Part shown: one piece after another, positions 48,867 to 58,430 of the stretch
How positions within the stretch are numbered: the stretch's first letter is position 1
Layout of the letters: every line of letters begins with the position of its first letter
Source of the DNA: Alphaproteobacteria bacterium
GTDB taxonomy: Bacteria > Pseudomonadota > Alphaproteobacteria > GCA-2746255
Direction of reading: 5' to 3'
DNA: 64,000 nt
Assembly: GCA_965249135.1 (NCBI GenBank)
Contig: OZ252220.1
Location: 576,001-640,000, forward strand
The notes under the pieces: model-generated
What the model saw: only the letters and a program-made list of their open reading frames with translations
Told to the model about the DNA's origin: nothing
The model's database searches: none
Program-made: the position numbers and the translations under genes

Positions 48867-50015
48867 TCAGGGCCGCCAGTCCTTCAGGCGGCGGGCGGCT
48901 TTGGCAATCGTCTCGTGGGAGCCGGCGAAGGAAAAGCGGACATACCGATTGCCCTCGACGGGATCGAAGTCGATCCCGGGCGTCGCCGCAACCCCGGTCT
49001 CCTCCAGCATGCGGCGACAGAAACGTTCGCTGTCATCCGAAAATTTCGAGACGTCCGCATAAAGATAGAACGCACCATCCGCAGGTGCCAGCTTGTCGAA
49101 GCCCGCTTTCGGAAGCTCCTCCAGAAGCAGGTTGCGGTTCTTCGCATAGGCGGCGACGTAGGCGTCCAGCTCGTCCATGCAATCGAAGACACGAATCGCG
49201 CCATGCTGTGACAGGGTCGGCGGCGAAATGAAAATGTTCTGGGCCAGGCATTCGATCGAGCGCAGGAGCGATTCCGGCACTGCCATCCAGCCGACACGCC
49301 ATCCCGTCATCGAAAAATATTTCGAAAAACTGTTCACGACGATCGCTTCCGGATCGAAGGCAAGGGCGGTTGCGGCGGCTTCGCCGTAACTGATTCCGTG
49401 ATAGATCTCGTCCGACAGGAGGCGGATGCCGCTGCCCTTGCAGTAGGCCGCCAGCCGTTCAAGTTCGTCGCTTCTCAGCATCGTTCCGGTCGGATTCGAA
49501 GGGCTGGCGACGATCAGCCCATCGAGGCCGTCGCCATGGGGCTCAAGAAGTTCGACGGTCGGCTGAAAGCGGCTTTCCAGAGACGTCCGGATCGGCACCG
49601 GCTCGAGATCCAGCGCGACAAGGATGTTGCGATAAGCCGGATAGCTGGGCTCCATGATGCCGACCCGATCCCCAGGCTCGAACGCGCTCAAAAACGCCAA
49701 CAGAAACCCACCGGAGGCCCCCATCGTCACGACGATGCGCGATGGTGCCACGTCGAGGCCGTAGCGCACGCCGTAATAGGCCGCGATCCGCTCACGAAGG
49801 TGAGGCAGTCCAAGCGCTTCGGTATAGCCGAGCGGCTCGGAAACCAACGCCGCCTTCGCCGCCTCGATCACCGGCGTGGGCGCGCCGGTATCCGGTTGGC
49901 CGACTTCCAGATGCAGGACGTCTTCGCCGGCTGCCTCCCGTTCGTTCGCGGCGCGCAGCACATCCATCACGATGAAGGGCGGAATGGCGCCCCGTTTGGC
50001 GACCTTTAAGACCAC
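48867..50015 (-). CDS. PLP-dependent aminotransferase class I/II
   Basis: HLEVGQP, SPSNPTG, SDEIYH, NSFSKYFSMTGWRVG. Confidence 0.9.
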   Translation of the reverse strand: MVLKVAKRGAIPPFIVMDVLRAANEREAAGEDVLHLEVGQPDTGAPTPVIEAAKAALVSEPLGYTEALGLPHLRERIAAYYGVRYGLDVAPSRIVVTMGASGGFLLAFLSAFEPGDRVGIMEPSYPAYRNILVALDLEPVPIRTSLESRFQPTVELLEPHGDGLDGLIVASPSNPTGTMLRSDELERLAAYCKGSGIRLLSDEIYHGISYGEAAATALAFDPEAIVVNSFSKYFSMTGWRVGWMAVPESLLRSIECLAQNIFISPPTLSQHGAIRVFDCMDELDAYVAAYAKNRNLLLEELPKAGFDKLAPADGAFYLYADVSKFSDDSERFCRRMLEETGVAATPGIDFDPVEGNRYVRFSFAGSHETIAKAARRLKDWRP

Positions 50016-50025
50016 GTTTCGACCT

Positions 50026-51795
50026 TTATTCCTTGGTCCGCAGACCGAAGCCAAAGCCACGCGGTTCGTTCTCGACCTCGCAGTTTTCCGGGCCCAGCCG
50101 AACGCCCTCGGCGCAGGAAATCGCGTTCACGTGACCGAGTGTTTCGATTGCCACTACCCGCTGTTCCCGCTCCAGCAGGCCACCGACCTGCACGCTGCCG
50201 ATCTTCTCCTCGACGGTAACGACGTCGGGAAGGCCGCCATGATGGACGCGCGGCGCCGCCAGGGCGTCGCTGAGATGTTGGCCGCCAAGCAATACCTCGG
50301 CCGCCACTTCGACGAGGGCGGAAACGGAATCGACGCCACCGGAAGGCGCGGCAAGAAAGACCGGTTCGGTGCGAATGTAGGCCGGTGCGCTTCCTTCCGC
50401 GTAATCCAGCGGATCCGCTCCCAGGGTTTCCAATAGCCAATCTTGCCTTTCATCTTCCGGAAGGCGTGTTTTTCCGATGTCGCGCATCACCAAAACCGGG
50501 GCAAGGGCAACGTCATGGCTGTTTTCGGTCGGCGCGGCGAAAAAGACGCCGGTGCCAGGGACGATCGCGGCCGTGCCAAAGGAACGATTCATCGTGTGGG
50601 AACAAACGACGGCAAGGCCCTTGCGATCGACGATCGCATAGCTTGTCGTTGCCCGATTGTCCGGGAAGGCAATCGGCGCAAAGGGAAGCCGTTCGACCGG
50701 CAAATGCCTTTGTGGATCAAAATCGTCCATCCAACCTTCCCGGCTGCCCTTCGTATTCGCGCCGGCAAAGGACCGCATGGCGATTTCGGCAAGCAAATGC
50801 GGCTTCTCTTCCGCCGAAGCCGCCGCATACCGATTTCCTTTCGTCAGCATTTCCCACATCCGAACGACGATGCGCCCGCCCGTGCTTCCAGCCGTATAGA
50901 GCGTTTCCTCGCCGTAGCCGACAGTAAGAGGCGGTCGCCATTTGGCGCGAAAGTCACCAAGTTGCGAATGGTCGACCAAACCACCCCGTGCGGCGGATGC
51001 GCTCGTCAGTTTCCTGGCAAGCGTGCCGCGATAGAAAGCGGTTGGGCCGAGTGTGCGGATATATTTAAGCGTGCTCGCAAGCTCGAACTGATGGAGCCGA
51101 TCGCCTTCGCCCAAAATCATTCCTTCGTAATTCGCAAGAAGGTGACGGGTCTCCATGTTGAGAAGCAGACGCCCGCTCTGCTCCTCCAGATCTTGCGCAA
51201 GCGCCTTGGAAATCCGGATCCCGTTTTTTGCGTATTCCTCCGCCGGCGCAACGAGATCGGCCCAGCTCTTGCCCCTGAACCGAAAATGAAGGGCTGCCAG
51301 CCCACCGACATTGCCGGGAACCAGACCGGCCTGGGAATCGTCGAGGCTGGAAAGTGGTTGCAGGAAGTCCAGGACGGCGACTTCCTGGTTTTCCCAGTCG
51401 TGAACAAGGCAGACGCCACCGCCACCGAGACTGGCCGCCGACGGATAGGTCACGGCAAGCGAGAAGTAGAGCGCAACGGCGGCATCGGCGGCCGTGCCAC
51501 CACCCGCAAGCACGTTCCTTGCCGCGAGCGTGGCAAGCGGCTCATCCGCGACGACGGCTCCGAAGAAGGTGTTATCGCCTCCAACCAAGATGCGCGGCGC
51601 CGCCACATCCCTCGACGTTTCCTTCGGTTTCTCGAATTGAGCCAGCCATTCCGGCGTCTGGCCGGTCCCGAATTCGCAGGCACCGAGCATCGTAAGCCCC
51701 AGAATCAGAAGGAGGATGCCATATTGACGCGGCCCATCCGCCCACCTACCTTGAGAATTGGGGGCTGGAGTTAGCCTATTGTTTTTTCGTTTCAT
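50026..51795 (-). CDS. Gamma-glutamyltransferase family protein (probable lipoprotein)
   Basis: GGTAADAAVA, SLGGGG, nucleophile-type TTSYAIVD, APRVHH; lipobox-like MLGAC; start uncertain. Confidence 0.8.
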   Translation of the reverse strand: MKRKNNRLTPAPNSQGRWADGPRQYGILLLILGLTMLGACEFGTGQTPEWLAQFEKPKETSRDVAAPRILVGGDNTFFGAVVADEPLATLAARNVLAGGGTAADAAVALYFSLAVTYPSAASLGGGGVCLVHDWENQEVAVLDFLQPLSSLDDSQAGLVPGNVGGLAALHFRFRGKSWADLVAPAEEYAKNGIRISKALAQDLEEQSGRLLLNMETRHLLANYEGMILGEGDRLHQFELASTLKYIRTLGPTAFYRGTLARKLTSASAARGGLVDHSQLGDFRAKWRPPLTVGYGEETLYTAGSTGGRIVVRMWEMLTKGNRYAAASAEEKPHLLAEIAMRSFAGANTKGSREGWMDDFDPQRHLPVERLPFAPIAFPDNRATTSYAIVDRKGLAVVCSHTMNRSFGTAAIVPGTGVFFAAPTENSHDVALAPVLVMRDIGKTRLPEDERQDWLLETLGADPLDYAEGSAPAYIRTEPVFLAAPSGGVDSVSALVEVAAEVLLGGQHLSDALAAPRVHHGGLPDVVTVEEKIGSVQVGGLLEREQRVVAIETLGHVNAISCAEGVRLGPENCEVENEPRGFGFGLRTKE

Positions 51796-53122
51796 CCGCT
51801 TCATTGCCGCGATTTTTTGCGTTGCCGGCCTATGGGCACAGGAGGCCCAGGCGCAGCGGCGCATTAGCCTTATCCGTGACGCCGAAATCGAAACTATCAT
51901 CCGCAATTGGGCTACGCCACTATTCGAAGCGGCGGAGCTGTATCCATCGGCCATCGGCATCCATCTGGTCGGCGATAAAAGCCTGAACGCATTCGTCGCC
52001 GGCGGCCAACACCTCTTTCTCAATACGGGACTCCTCACGCGGGCCGAAAACCCCGGCCAGGTGATCGGGGTCATCGCTCACGAAACCGGCCACATTTCGG
52101 GTGGCCATCTGACTCGCGGCCAAGAGGCGATGCAGCACGCTTCGACACAGATGATCCTCGCCGCCATCCTCGGCGTTGCCGTCGGCGTCGCAGGCGGTGG
52201 CGGAGACGCAACGATGGCTATCCTCGCCGGCGGAGGTGGGATCGCGACAAGCCAATTTCTGCATTTCAGCCGCGGCCAGGAAGCGTCCGCCGATCAGGCC
52301 GGCCTTTCCTATCTCGACGCAACGCACACCTCGGGGCGCGGGTTTCTCGAATTCCTGGAAATTCTTCAGCAACAAGACCTCCTGCGTTCGGACCGGCAGG
52401 ATGCGTATTTGCGAACCCACCCATTGACGCGCGATCGGGTTGAATTCGTCCGTCAGTACGTAAAGCAATCTCCAAACAGTGAGACACCACTCTCGCCGGA
52501 AATCACGCGCGATTTCCGCCGCATACAGGCGAAGCTCGTCGGCTTCATGGAACCTTTCCGGAATGTCATGAGGCTCTACCCGAGAGGCAATACCAGCCTG
52601 GATGCCCGCTACGCCCACGCCATCGCCTATTACCGGCGGGATGATCTTGAGCGCGCGTTGCCGCTTGTCGACGGCCTGATCAGGGAAGAGCCGGCCAATG
52701 CCTACTTCCACGAGCTACGCGGTCAGATGCTGTTCGAAAGCGGGCGCATCGTGGAATCGCTGCCGTCCTATAAAGAATCCGTTCGTTTGCAGCCGAAATC
52801 CGTCCTTTTGCGCGTGGGGCTTGCACGCGTGCAGCTTGAAACGGTGGACCCGGCGCAGAATCGTCCGGCCATGGAACATCTCCTTTACGCCGTTGGGCAG
52901 GAGCGGGACAATCCGCAAGTCTGGCACTTGCTTGCCATCGGGTACGGCCGCGAGCAATCCTATGGGATGAGTGCACTGGCCCTTGCCGAGCAGGCAATAA
53001 CCATCGGCGACAAAGAAACGGCCATCCAGCAGGCCCACCGTGCCCAAAAACTCTTGCCAAAAGGATCGTCCGGATGGGTCCGGGCCCAGGACATCAAGAT
53101 CATCACGAAGGGCCGACCATAG
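51758..53122 (+). CDS. M48 family metalloprotease with TPR (BepA/YfgC-like)
   Basis: LIRDAEIE, NAFVAGG, HETGH, QEASADQ, YLRTHP. Confidence 0.9.
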   Translation: MGAGVSLLFFRFIRFIAAIFCVAGLWAQEAQAQRRISLIRDAEIETIIRNWATPLFEAAELYPSAIGIHLVGDKSLNAFVAGGQHLFLNTGLLTRAENPGQVIGVIAHETGHISGGHLTRGQEAMQHASTQMILAAILGVAVGVAGGGGDATMAILAGGGGIATSQFLHFSRGQEASADQAGLSYLDATHTSGRGFLEFLEILQQQDLLRSDRQDAYLRTHPLTRDRVEFVRQYVKQSPNSETPLSPEITRDFRRIQAKLVGFMEPFRNVMRLYPRGNTSLDARYAHAIAYYRRDDLERALPLVDGLIREEPANAYFHELRGQMLFESGRIVESLPSYKESVRLQPKSVLLRVGLARVQLETVDPAQNRPAMEHLLYAVGQERDNPQVWHLLAIGYGREQSYGMSALALAEQAITIGDKETAIQQAHRAQKLLPKGSSGWVRAQDIKIITKGRP

Positions 53123-53125
53123 CGG

Positions 53126-53971
53126 ATGAACCCGACGCGCGGAAAGAACGGCTTAACCGGCGTGAATGAAAGCTCACAAGTCGCCTACCCCCTCTTCCTT
53201 CTTCGACCGTGGGCATTTTGCTCGGTTCTTTTCCTATCGCTTCTGCTGGGCGCCTGCGAATCAGGACCCGACCTGCCCAGCCCGGCACCGGAATTTGCCA
53301 AGGCCGGCCTCTCCGGAGATTGGATTCCCGATCCGAACGCAGGCGGACCGGAGGTCACCTTCACGAACAAGGAGGGGATCGCCGCCTTGAAATTAACGGC
53401 CAAGGGGGAACGCGCCTTCGTTGGCCGGAGGCTGGATTCGTCCTTGATGGCGGGCCCGTACCTGCGTTGGGCCTGGTACCTGGAGACGGCCTCCTATGTG
53501 GGGTCCGGCCGCCATCTTTCCGATGCGACGGCGCCGCCCAGAAACCCGCTTCGCCTACGAATCGCCTTCCGTGGCGGCCCGCGTGAGGAGGAAGGTGCGC
53601 CCGTCTCGCCCTGGACGGCCACCGGCGTGCCCACCCACGACCGGTTGCTTGACCTGGTCTGGGAATGGCAACCGGCCATCTCCACCCAAGGCGGCGGTTG
53701 GCGTCCGGTCGAGGGCGATGCGAACCGGGCGTCGGAAACCATCGCCGGCGGGGCGCATCCGGGGTGTTCCGTGCCTTGCATTCCCATTCAAAAACGGCTG
53801 GAGGATACCGGCCAGTGGTGGCTGGAAGCGGCCGACCTCGAAAAAATCTATCGCCGTTTTTGGCCAGAGGATTATCTAAGGGAAGTTCATGTCGTCTTCG
53901 TCGCGCTCGTGCTGGAACCCTCGCCGGTGCCGACGGTCGGCTACCTCGCCGATCTCGACTTCCACCGCTAA
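53126..53971 (+). CDS. Hypothetical lipoprotein (DUF3047-like)
   Basis: Lipobox LLGAC; PYLRWAW; DLEKIYRRFW. Confidence 0.6.
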   Translation: MNPTRGKNGLTGVNESSQVAYPLFLLRPWAFCSVLFLSLLLGACESGPDLPSPAPEFAKAGLSGDWIPDPNAGGPEVTFTNKEGIAALKLTAKGERAFVGRRLDSSLMAGPYLRWAWYLETASYVGSGRHLSDATAPPRNPLRLRIAFRGGPREEEGAPVSPWTATGVPTHDRLLDLVWEWQPAISTQGGGWRPVEGDANRASETIAGGAHPGCSVPCIPIQKRLEDTGQWWLEAADLEKIYRRFWPEDYLREVHVVFVALVLEPSPVPTVGYLADLDFHR

Positions 53972-53977
53972 GTCCGT

Positions 53978-55108
53978 TCAGATGTAATAGTCCTTCAATG
54001 GCGGAAGGCCATTGAATCCGACCGTCGAATAGGTCGTCGTGTAGGCGCCGGTCGCGAAGATCTCGACGCGATCGCCGATCGCAAGATCGAGGGGCAATTC
54101 GTAGCCGGCCTTCTCGTAAAGGATATCGACGCCATCGCAGGTAGGCCCCGCCAGGATGACCGGGCCGACCGGCCCCCCGTCGTGGGGCGTGCGGATGGCA
54201 TATTCGATCGCCTCTTCCATCGTCTCGGCCAGCCCACCAAACTTTCCGACGTCGAGATAGACCCACCGCACGTCATCCCGTTCGGACTTCTTCGCGATCA
54301 ACACGATCTCGCTTTGGATGATTCCGGCCGCCGCCACGATGTAGCGGCCGGGTTCAACCAGAAGTTCCGGAAGGCCTTCCGGGAAGTGTCGCGCCAGGGA
54401 CTCCTCGATCCCTTGCGTGTAACGTTCGATCGGCGGTACCTCCTTTCGGTAGTGAGCCGGAAAGCCCCCGCCCAGATTGAGCATTTTGAGCGAAACCCCA
54501 TCCGAGCGAAGCCGTTCGAAGAACTGCTTTGACGTCGCGATCGCCGCGTCCCACTGCTCGGGCTTCGTCTGTTGCGACCCCACATGGAACATCACGCCAT
54601 AGGGATCAAGGCCAAGCGCCTTAGCCTTGCGCATCAAATCGCAGGCCATATCGAAATCACAGCCGAATTTACGTGTAAGCGGCCAATCGGCGCCGCTTTC
54701 GGAAACCCATATCCGGCAACAGACTCGCGATCCCGGGGCTGCCTCGGCGATCTTCTCAAGCTCCGCTTGGCTGTCGAAGGCAAAAAGCCGAACGCCGAGA
54801 TCGAAGGCGGCGGCGATCTCCGGTCGCTTCTTGATCGTGCTGCCGTAAGAAATCCGCTCAGGTGCACCACCGGCATCGAGGGTGGCCCTGATTTCCAGGA
54901 CGCTCGCCGCGTCGAAGCCGGCGCCCAGGCCGGCCAGGACCGACAGGATCTCCGGCGCCGGATTCGCCTTCACCGCGTAGTAAATGCCCACCTTTGGCAA
55001 CAGCGTCGCAAGCGAGCGGTATTTCTCGGCGACGACGTCGAGGTCTACCACGAGGCAGGGTAAATCCGGCCGTTGTTCCGCAAGGAACCGGAAGATTTTC
55101 TCCGACAT
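53978..55108 (-). CDS. Type III PLP decarboxylase (ornithine/lysine decarboxylase)
   Basis: YAVKAN, FDAAS, KFG, FHVGSQ, LNLGGGF, EPGRY, GPTCDG, GAYT. Confidence 0.92.
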   Translation of the reverse strand: MSEKIFRFLAEQRPDLPCLVVDLDVVAEKYRSLATLLPKVGIYYAVKANPAPEILSVLAGLGAGFDAASVLEIRATLDAGGAPERISYGSTIKKRPEIAAAFDLGVRLFAFDSQAELEKIAEAAPGSRVCCRIWVSESGADWPLTRKFGCDFDMACDLMRKAKALGLDPYGVMFHVGSQQTKPEQWDAAIATSKQFFERLRSDGVSLKMLNLGGGFPAHYRKEVPPIERYTQGIEESLARHFPEGLPELLVEPGRYIVAAAGIIQSEIVLIAKKSERDDVRWVYLDVGKFGGLAETMEEAIEYAIRTPHDGGPVGPVILAGPTCDGVDILYEKAGYELPLDLAIGDRVEIFATGAYTTTYSTVGFNGLPPLKDYYI

Positions 55109-55198
55109 GCACCGTCTCGCAGCTTAAGAAGCAGCAGCGAACGGCTTTTAATGAAATTGTGTCGTGATGCCAAGCAGGAATTCTGGCCGCGAGTTGGG

Positions 55199-55636
55199 CT
55201 AGAAGTGCACGGCCAGATAACGGATGCCGATGATGACGCCCGTGCCAAAAACGACGATACCGGTGGCCTTAAGAAAGACCATGAGATAGGCGCCCTGGAG
55301 GCTTTTCTTCTGCTTCTTCTCAGCCTCAACCCGGGCTACTTGTTTCTTCTGGGTCTTTTTCTTGGCGTCCTTGGCCTGCACTTCCGTGCGTATCTGTTTC
55401 TTGCGCTCAAGCGCATTCGCGTTCCCTTTGTCGACTTTCGTGCCGCGGAAGATGGTCCATGAATTCACACGTTGCGTCGCTTCATCGAAACTTTCTTCGA
55501 TGACCCGAACGGCACTATAGCGCGTACCTTCGTCGATCCGCCTGGCTTCCGACAACGCGAGGTCGCGGCTGTCGAAAATCGAATCGATCTTCCACTCACC
55601 GCTTACAAAGGTATGAATCTCATAACTAACAATCAT
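55199..55636 (-). CDS. Hypothetical protein with C-terminal TM helix
   Basis: 145 aa; globular N-domain (YEI..WKID..A), basic linker, terminal TM. Confidence 0.7.
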   Translation of the reverse strand: MIVSYEIHTFVSGEWKIDSIFDSRDLALSEARRIDEGTRYSAVRVIEESFDEATQRVNSWTIFRGTKVDKGNANALERKKQIRTEVQAKDAKKKTQKKQVARVEAEKKQKKSLQGAYLMVFLKATGIVVFGTGVIIGIRYLAVHF

Positions 55637-55660
55637 GCAGCATGACCCAACTAGCTATTT

Positions 55661-56167
55661 TCATTTCGATTTTGGATGTTTCAGATAGTTTGCTCCGCCA
55701 AGAATCAGCGAAATCGTCTCATTGTCGTCGCTTAACGGCAGCAGAATGCTTCGGCACAGCACGCCCTCGCCGTTGGTGTCTTTGAAGCTGTTTCCATAGG
55801 AAATGGGCACGCCCTTGCGTAGGATTTCGTCTCTATAAGAAGTCGCAACGTCAAGCAGGCTGTCCTTGCGAATCTCGGAGATGCGAAGGTTCACGCAAGG
55901 CTCGCCATAGCATTCGATAATTTCCTCGCCCACGTAGCGCAGAAGCGGATCTTTTGCATTCTCGCTTACGTCGAGCACGAAGCAGAAGGGCCACATGTCG
56001 GCGATATCGTCCGACCGCACGTCGTTCAACGAGGGATAATTCCGATCGTCCGTAATCCCCCGCCAGTAATCGAGCAGGCGAAGGACGAGCCGGCGCTCCT
56101 TTCCAGGACGACGCTCCGGCACCACCTGGTCCTGCGCTTCCTCCGGAATTTTCATTACTTCCGCCAC
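55661..56167 (-). CDS. Stand-alone PAS-like domain protein (PAS_5 type)
   Basis: LLDYWRG...YPS...DMWPFCFVLD...RSILLPLSDD...ILGG; AGAGGAG RBS. Confidence 0.75.
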   Translation of the reverse strand: MAEVMKIPEEAQDQVVPERRPGKERRLVLRLLDYWRGITDDRNYPSLNDVRSDDIADMWPFCFVLDVSENAKDPLLRYVGEEIIECYGEPCVNLRISEIRKDSLLDVATSYRDEILRKGVPISYGNSFKDTNGEGVLCRSILLPLSDDNETISLILGGANYLKHPKSK

Positions 56168-56349
56168 CTACTTCTCCTCTCCTGCCTGCTTAACCATCCT
56201 GCCTGCGCGCCAGTCTCGGACTGCATGCGGATCTAAAGAGGCGCCCAAGGGTCGTAACCTTGCGTATTTATGGGACTTCCATGATTAAGAATCCGTAAAA
56301 CCGGCCGGCCCGGCCGGGCTAAAAAGGCCGGAAATGCTAGGAATAAAGG

Positions 56350-57372
56350 TTAAATCAGGCCGGCCAGCGGCGAGGAAGGGTCCGCGTAGCTCTTTTTTGC
56401 CATGCGCCCGGCAAGGTAGGCCAAGCGCCCGGATTCCACAGCCAGGCGCATGGCGTAAGCCATCCGAATGGGGTCCCCTGCCTCGGCGATCGCCGTATTC
56501 ATGAGGACCCCGTCGCAACCAAGCTCCATGGCAATCGTCGCGTCGGATGCCGTACCGACGCCGGCATCGACCAGGACGGGAACTTGGGATTGCTCATTGA
56601 TCAGACAAATGTTCACCCGGTTCTGGATGCCAAGCCCGGAACCGATGGGGGCGGCCAACGGCATGATGGCGGCGCATCCGATCTCTTCGAGGCGTTTCGC
56701 CATGATCGGGTCGTCGCTGCAATAGGCAAGCACCCAAAAATTCTCTTTCACCAGGGTCTCCGCTGCCTCAAGCGTTTCCACCATGTCCGGATAAAGGGTC
56801 TTCTTGTCGCCAAGCACCTCCAGCTTCACCATCTCCCAACCGCCCGCTTCGCGCGCGAGGCAAAGGGTACGAACGGCTTCTTCCGCCGTGTAACAACCAG
56901 CCGTATTCGGAAGGTAGGTGTATTTCTTCGGATCGACGTAATCGACGAGTCGCGGCGAGGATGCATCGGAAAGATTGACGCGCCGAACGGCAACCGTGAC
57001 GATTTCCGCACCCGAAGCCTCGATTGCCGCCGCCGTTTCTTCAAAATCCCGATATTTGCCGGTTCCGACAAGAAGCCGTGACGTGAATTGGCGGCTCGCC
57101 AATTCGAAACGGTCGTCATCCTCGACGGCAACGGCGCGGATTTTCGCTTCGTCCACCCCGCCGCCGATAAAGTGAACGATCTCGAACTGGTCGCCGTCGG
57201 CAACCATCGTTTCCCCATAGGCCGAACGGGGCACGACCGCCAGGTTATGTTCGACCGCCACCTTGCGAAGATCGATCGCAAGCCGCTCGAGAAGACCGGC
57301 CACGCTTAACGGCGCATCAAAGCGATGCGCTTCGCCATTCACCGTAACCTTGAGTGGGGAGCTTGCATCCAT
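56350..57372 (-). CDS. thiG: ThiS-ThiG fusion (sulfur carrier / thiazole synthase)
   Basis: ThiS domain ending EIVHFIGGG fused in frame to ThiG ([31 protein letters not shown]). Confidence 0.93.
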   Translation of the reverse strand: MDASSPLKVTVNGEAHRFDAPLSVAGLLERLAIDLRKVAVEHNLAVVPRSAYGETMVADGDQFEIVHFIGGGVDEAKIRAVAVEDDDRFELASRQFTSRLLVGTGKYRDFEETAAAIEASGAEIVTVAVRRVNLSDASSPRLVDYVDPKKYTYLPNTAGCYTAEEAVRTLCLAREAGGWEMVKLEVLGDKKTLYPDMVETLEAAETLVKENFWVLAYCSDDPIMAKRLEEIGCAAIMPLAAPIGSGLGIQNRVNICLINEQSQVPVLVDAGVGTASDATIAMELGCDGVLMNTAIAEAGDPIRMAYAMRLAVESGRLAYLAGRMAKKSYADPSSPLAGLI

Positions 57373-57540
57373 CCGTCTCGATCCTTGTCCGCCTCCAAAC
57401 CGAATATGGCGCGCCTTTCGGCCCGCTTCAACAAACAAGCCCTGAAAGCCATATTCGGTAGCCAGCAGAAGGCATTGCGCCTTTCGGCCCGCGTGCTATA
57501 ACCCCCTCAGCACGAGAATAGAAACGTGGAAGGCGTTGCG

Positions 57541-57999
57541 ATGCCCTCCCCCATCCTGATCCTCAACGGTCCGAATCTCAATTTGTTGGGGGAACGGGAG
57601 CCGGAAATCTATGGAACGGAGACCCTGGCCGACATCGAGGCCGCTGCCAAAGCGGCCGCCGGCGAGCTGGATTTTAACGTTGAGTTTCGGCAAACGAATG
57701 CGGAGGCCGAACTCGTCACCTGGATTCAGGAGGCGCGCGGAAAATATACCGGCATCATTCTCAATGCAGGCGCCTTTACCCATACTTCGGTCGCTATTTA
57801 TGATGCGCTGCTCTTATGCGATCAACCCGTGATCGAGGTGCATTTGTCGAACATCTTCCGCCGCGAACCGTTTCGCCACCACTCCTACGTCGCCCCGGCG
57901 GCGCAAGGTTTGATTTGTGGTTTTGGCGGACACGGTTATGTGCTTGCATTGCAGGCAATGGCAGGAATCTTGGACCGGGATGCGAAGTCGAAAAAATAG
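57541..57999 (+). CDS. aroQ: Type II 3-dehydroquinate dehydratase
   Basis: LNGPNLNLLGEREPEIYG, EVHLSN, REPFRH. Confidence 0.96.
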   Translation: MPSPILILNGPNLNLLGEREPEIYGTETLADIEAAAKAAAGELDFNVEFRQTNAEAELVTWIQEARGKYTGIILNAGAFTHTSVAIYDALLLCDQPVIEVHLSNIFRREPFRHHSYVAPAAQGLICGFGGHGYVLALQAMAGILDRDAKSKK

Positions 58000-58420
58000 A
58001 CACGGGATCAATCCCGAAATCATCCGTGAACTCGTCGGCCTCTTGGACGAGCATGGGCTTACGGAACTCGAGTACGGGACCGGCGAGTGGCATGTCCGGG
58101 TCGCACGGGGAGGCGCTGGAAAGGCCGTGCAGGTGGAAGTCCAGGGGGCGAGCGAGCTATCCGGCACGAGCGCCCTTGCCGCCCAGCCCGGCGCCGTGAC
58201 GTCTCCGCTTGTCGGGACCGCTTTTCTCTCGCCCGAACCGGGAACGCCAAATTTTGTGAACGTGGGAGATACGGTGAAGGAGGGAGAAACCCTTTTACTC
58301 ATCGAAGCGATGAAGACGTTCAACCAGATTCGCGCCCCGCAGAACGGCAAGGTTGCTCAGATTCTGGTCGTAAACGGCCAGCCCATCGAGTACGGCGAGG
58401 TTCTGGTAGTGCTTGAATAG
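57980..58420 (+). CDS. accB: Acetyl-CoA carboxylase biotin carboxyl carrier protein
   Basis: SPLVGT, biotinylation motif EAMK. Confidence 0.95.
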   Translation: MRSRKNRHGINPEIIRELVGLLDEHGLTELEYGTGEWHVRVARGGAGKAVQVEVQGASELSGTSALAAQPGAVTSPLVGTAFLSPEPGTPNFVNVGDTVKEGETLLLIEAMKTFNQIRAPQNGKVAQILVVNGQPIEYGEVLVVLE

Positions 58421-58430
58421 CTTTCAACCG

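Noticed and set aside
57372-57540. TPP riboswitch upstream of thiSG
   Set aside because: Conserved CTGAGA and downstream THI-box elements not found on the minus strand
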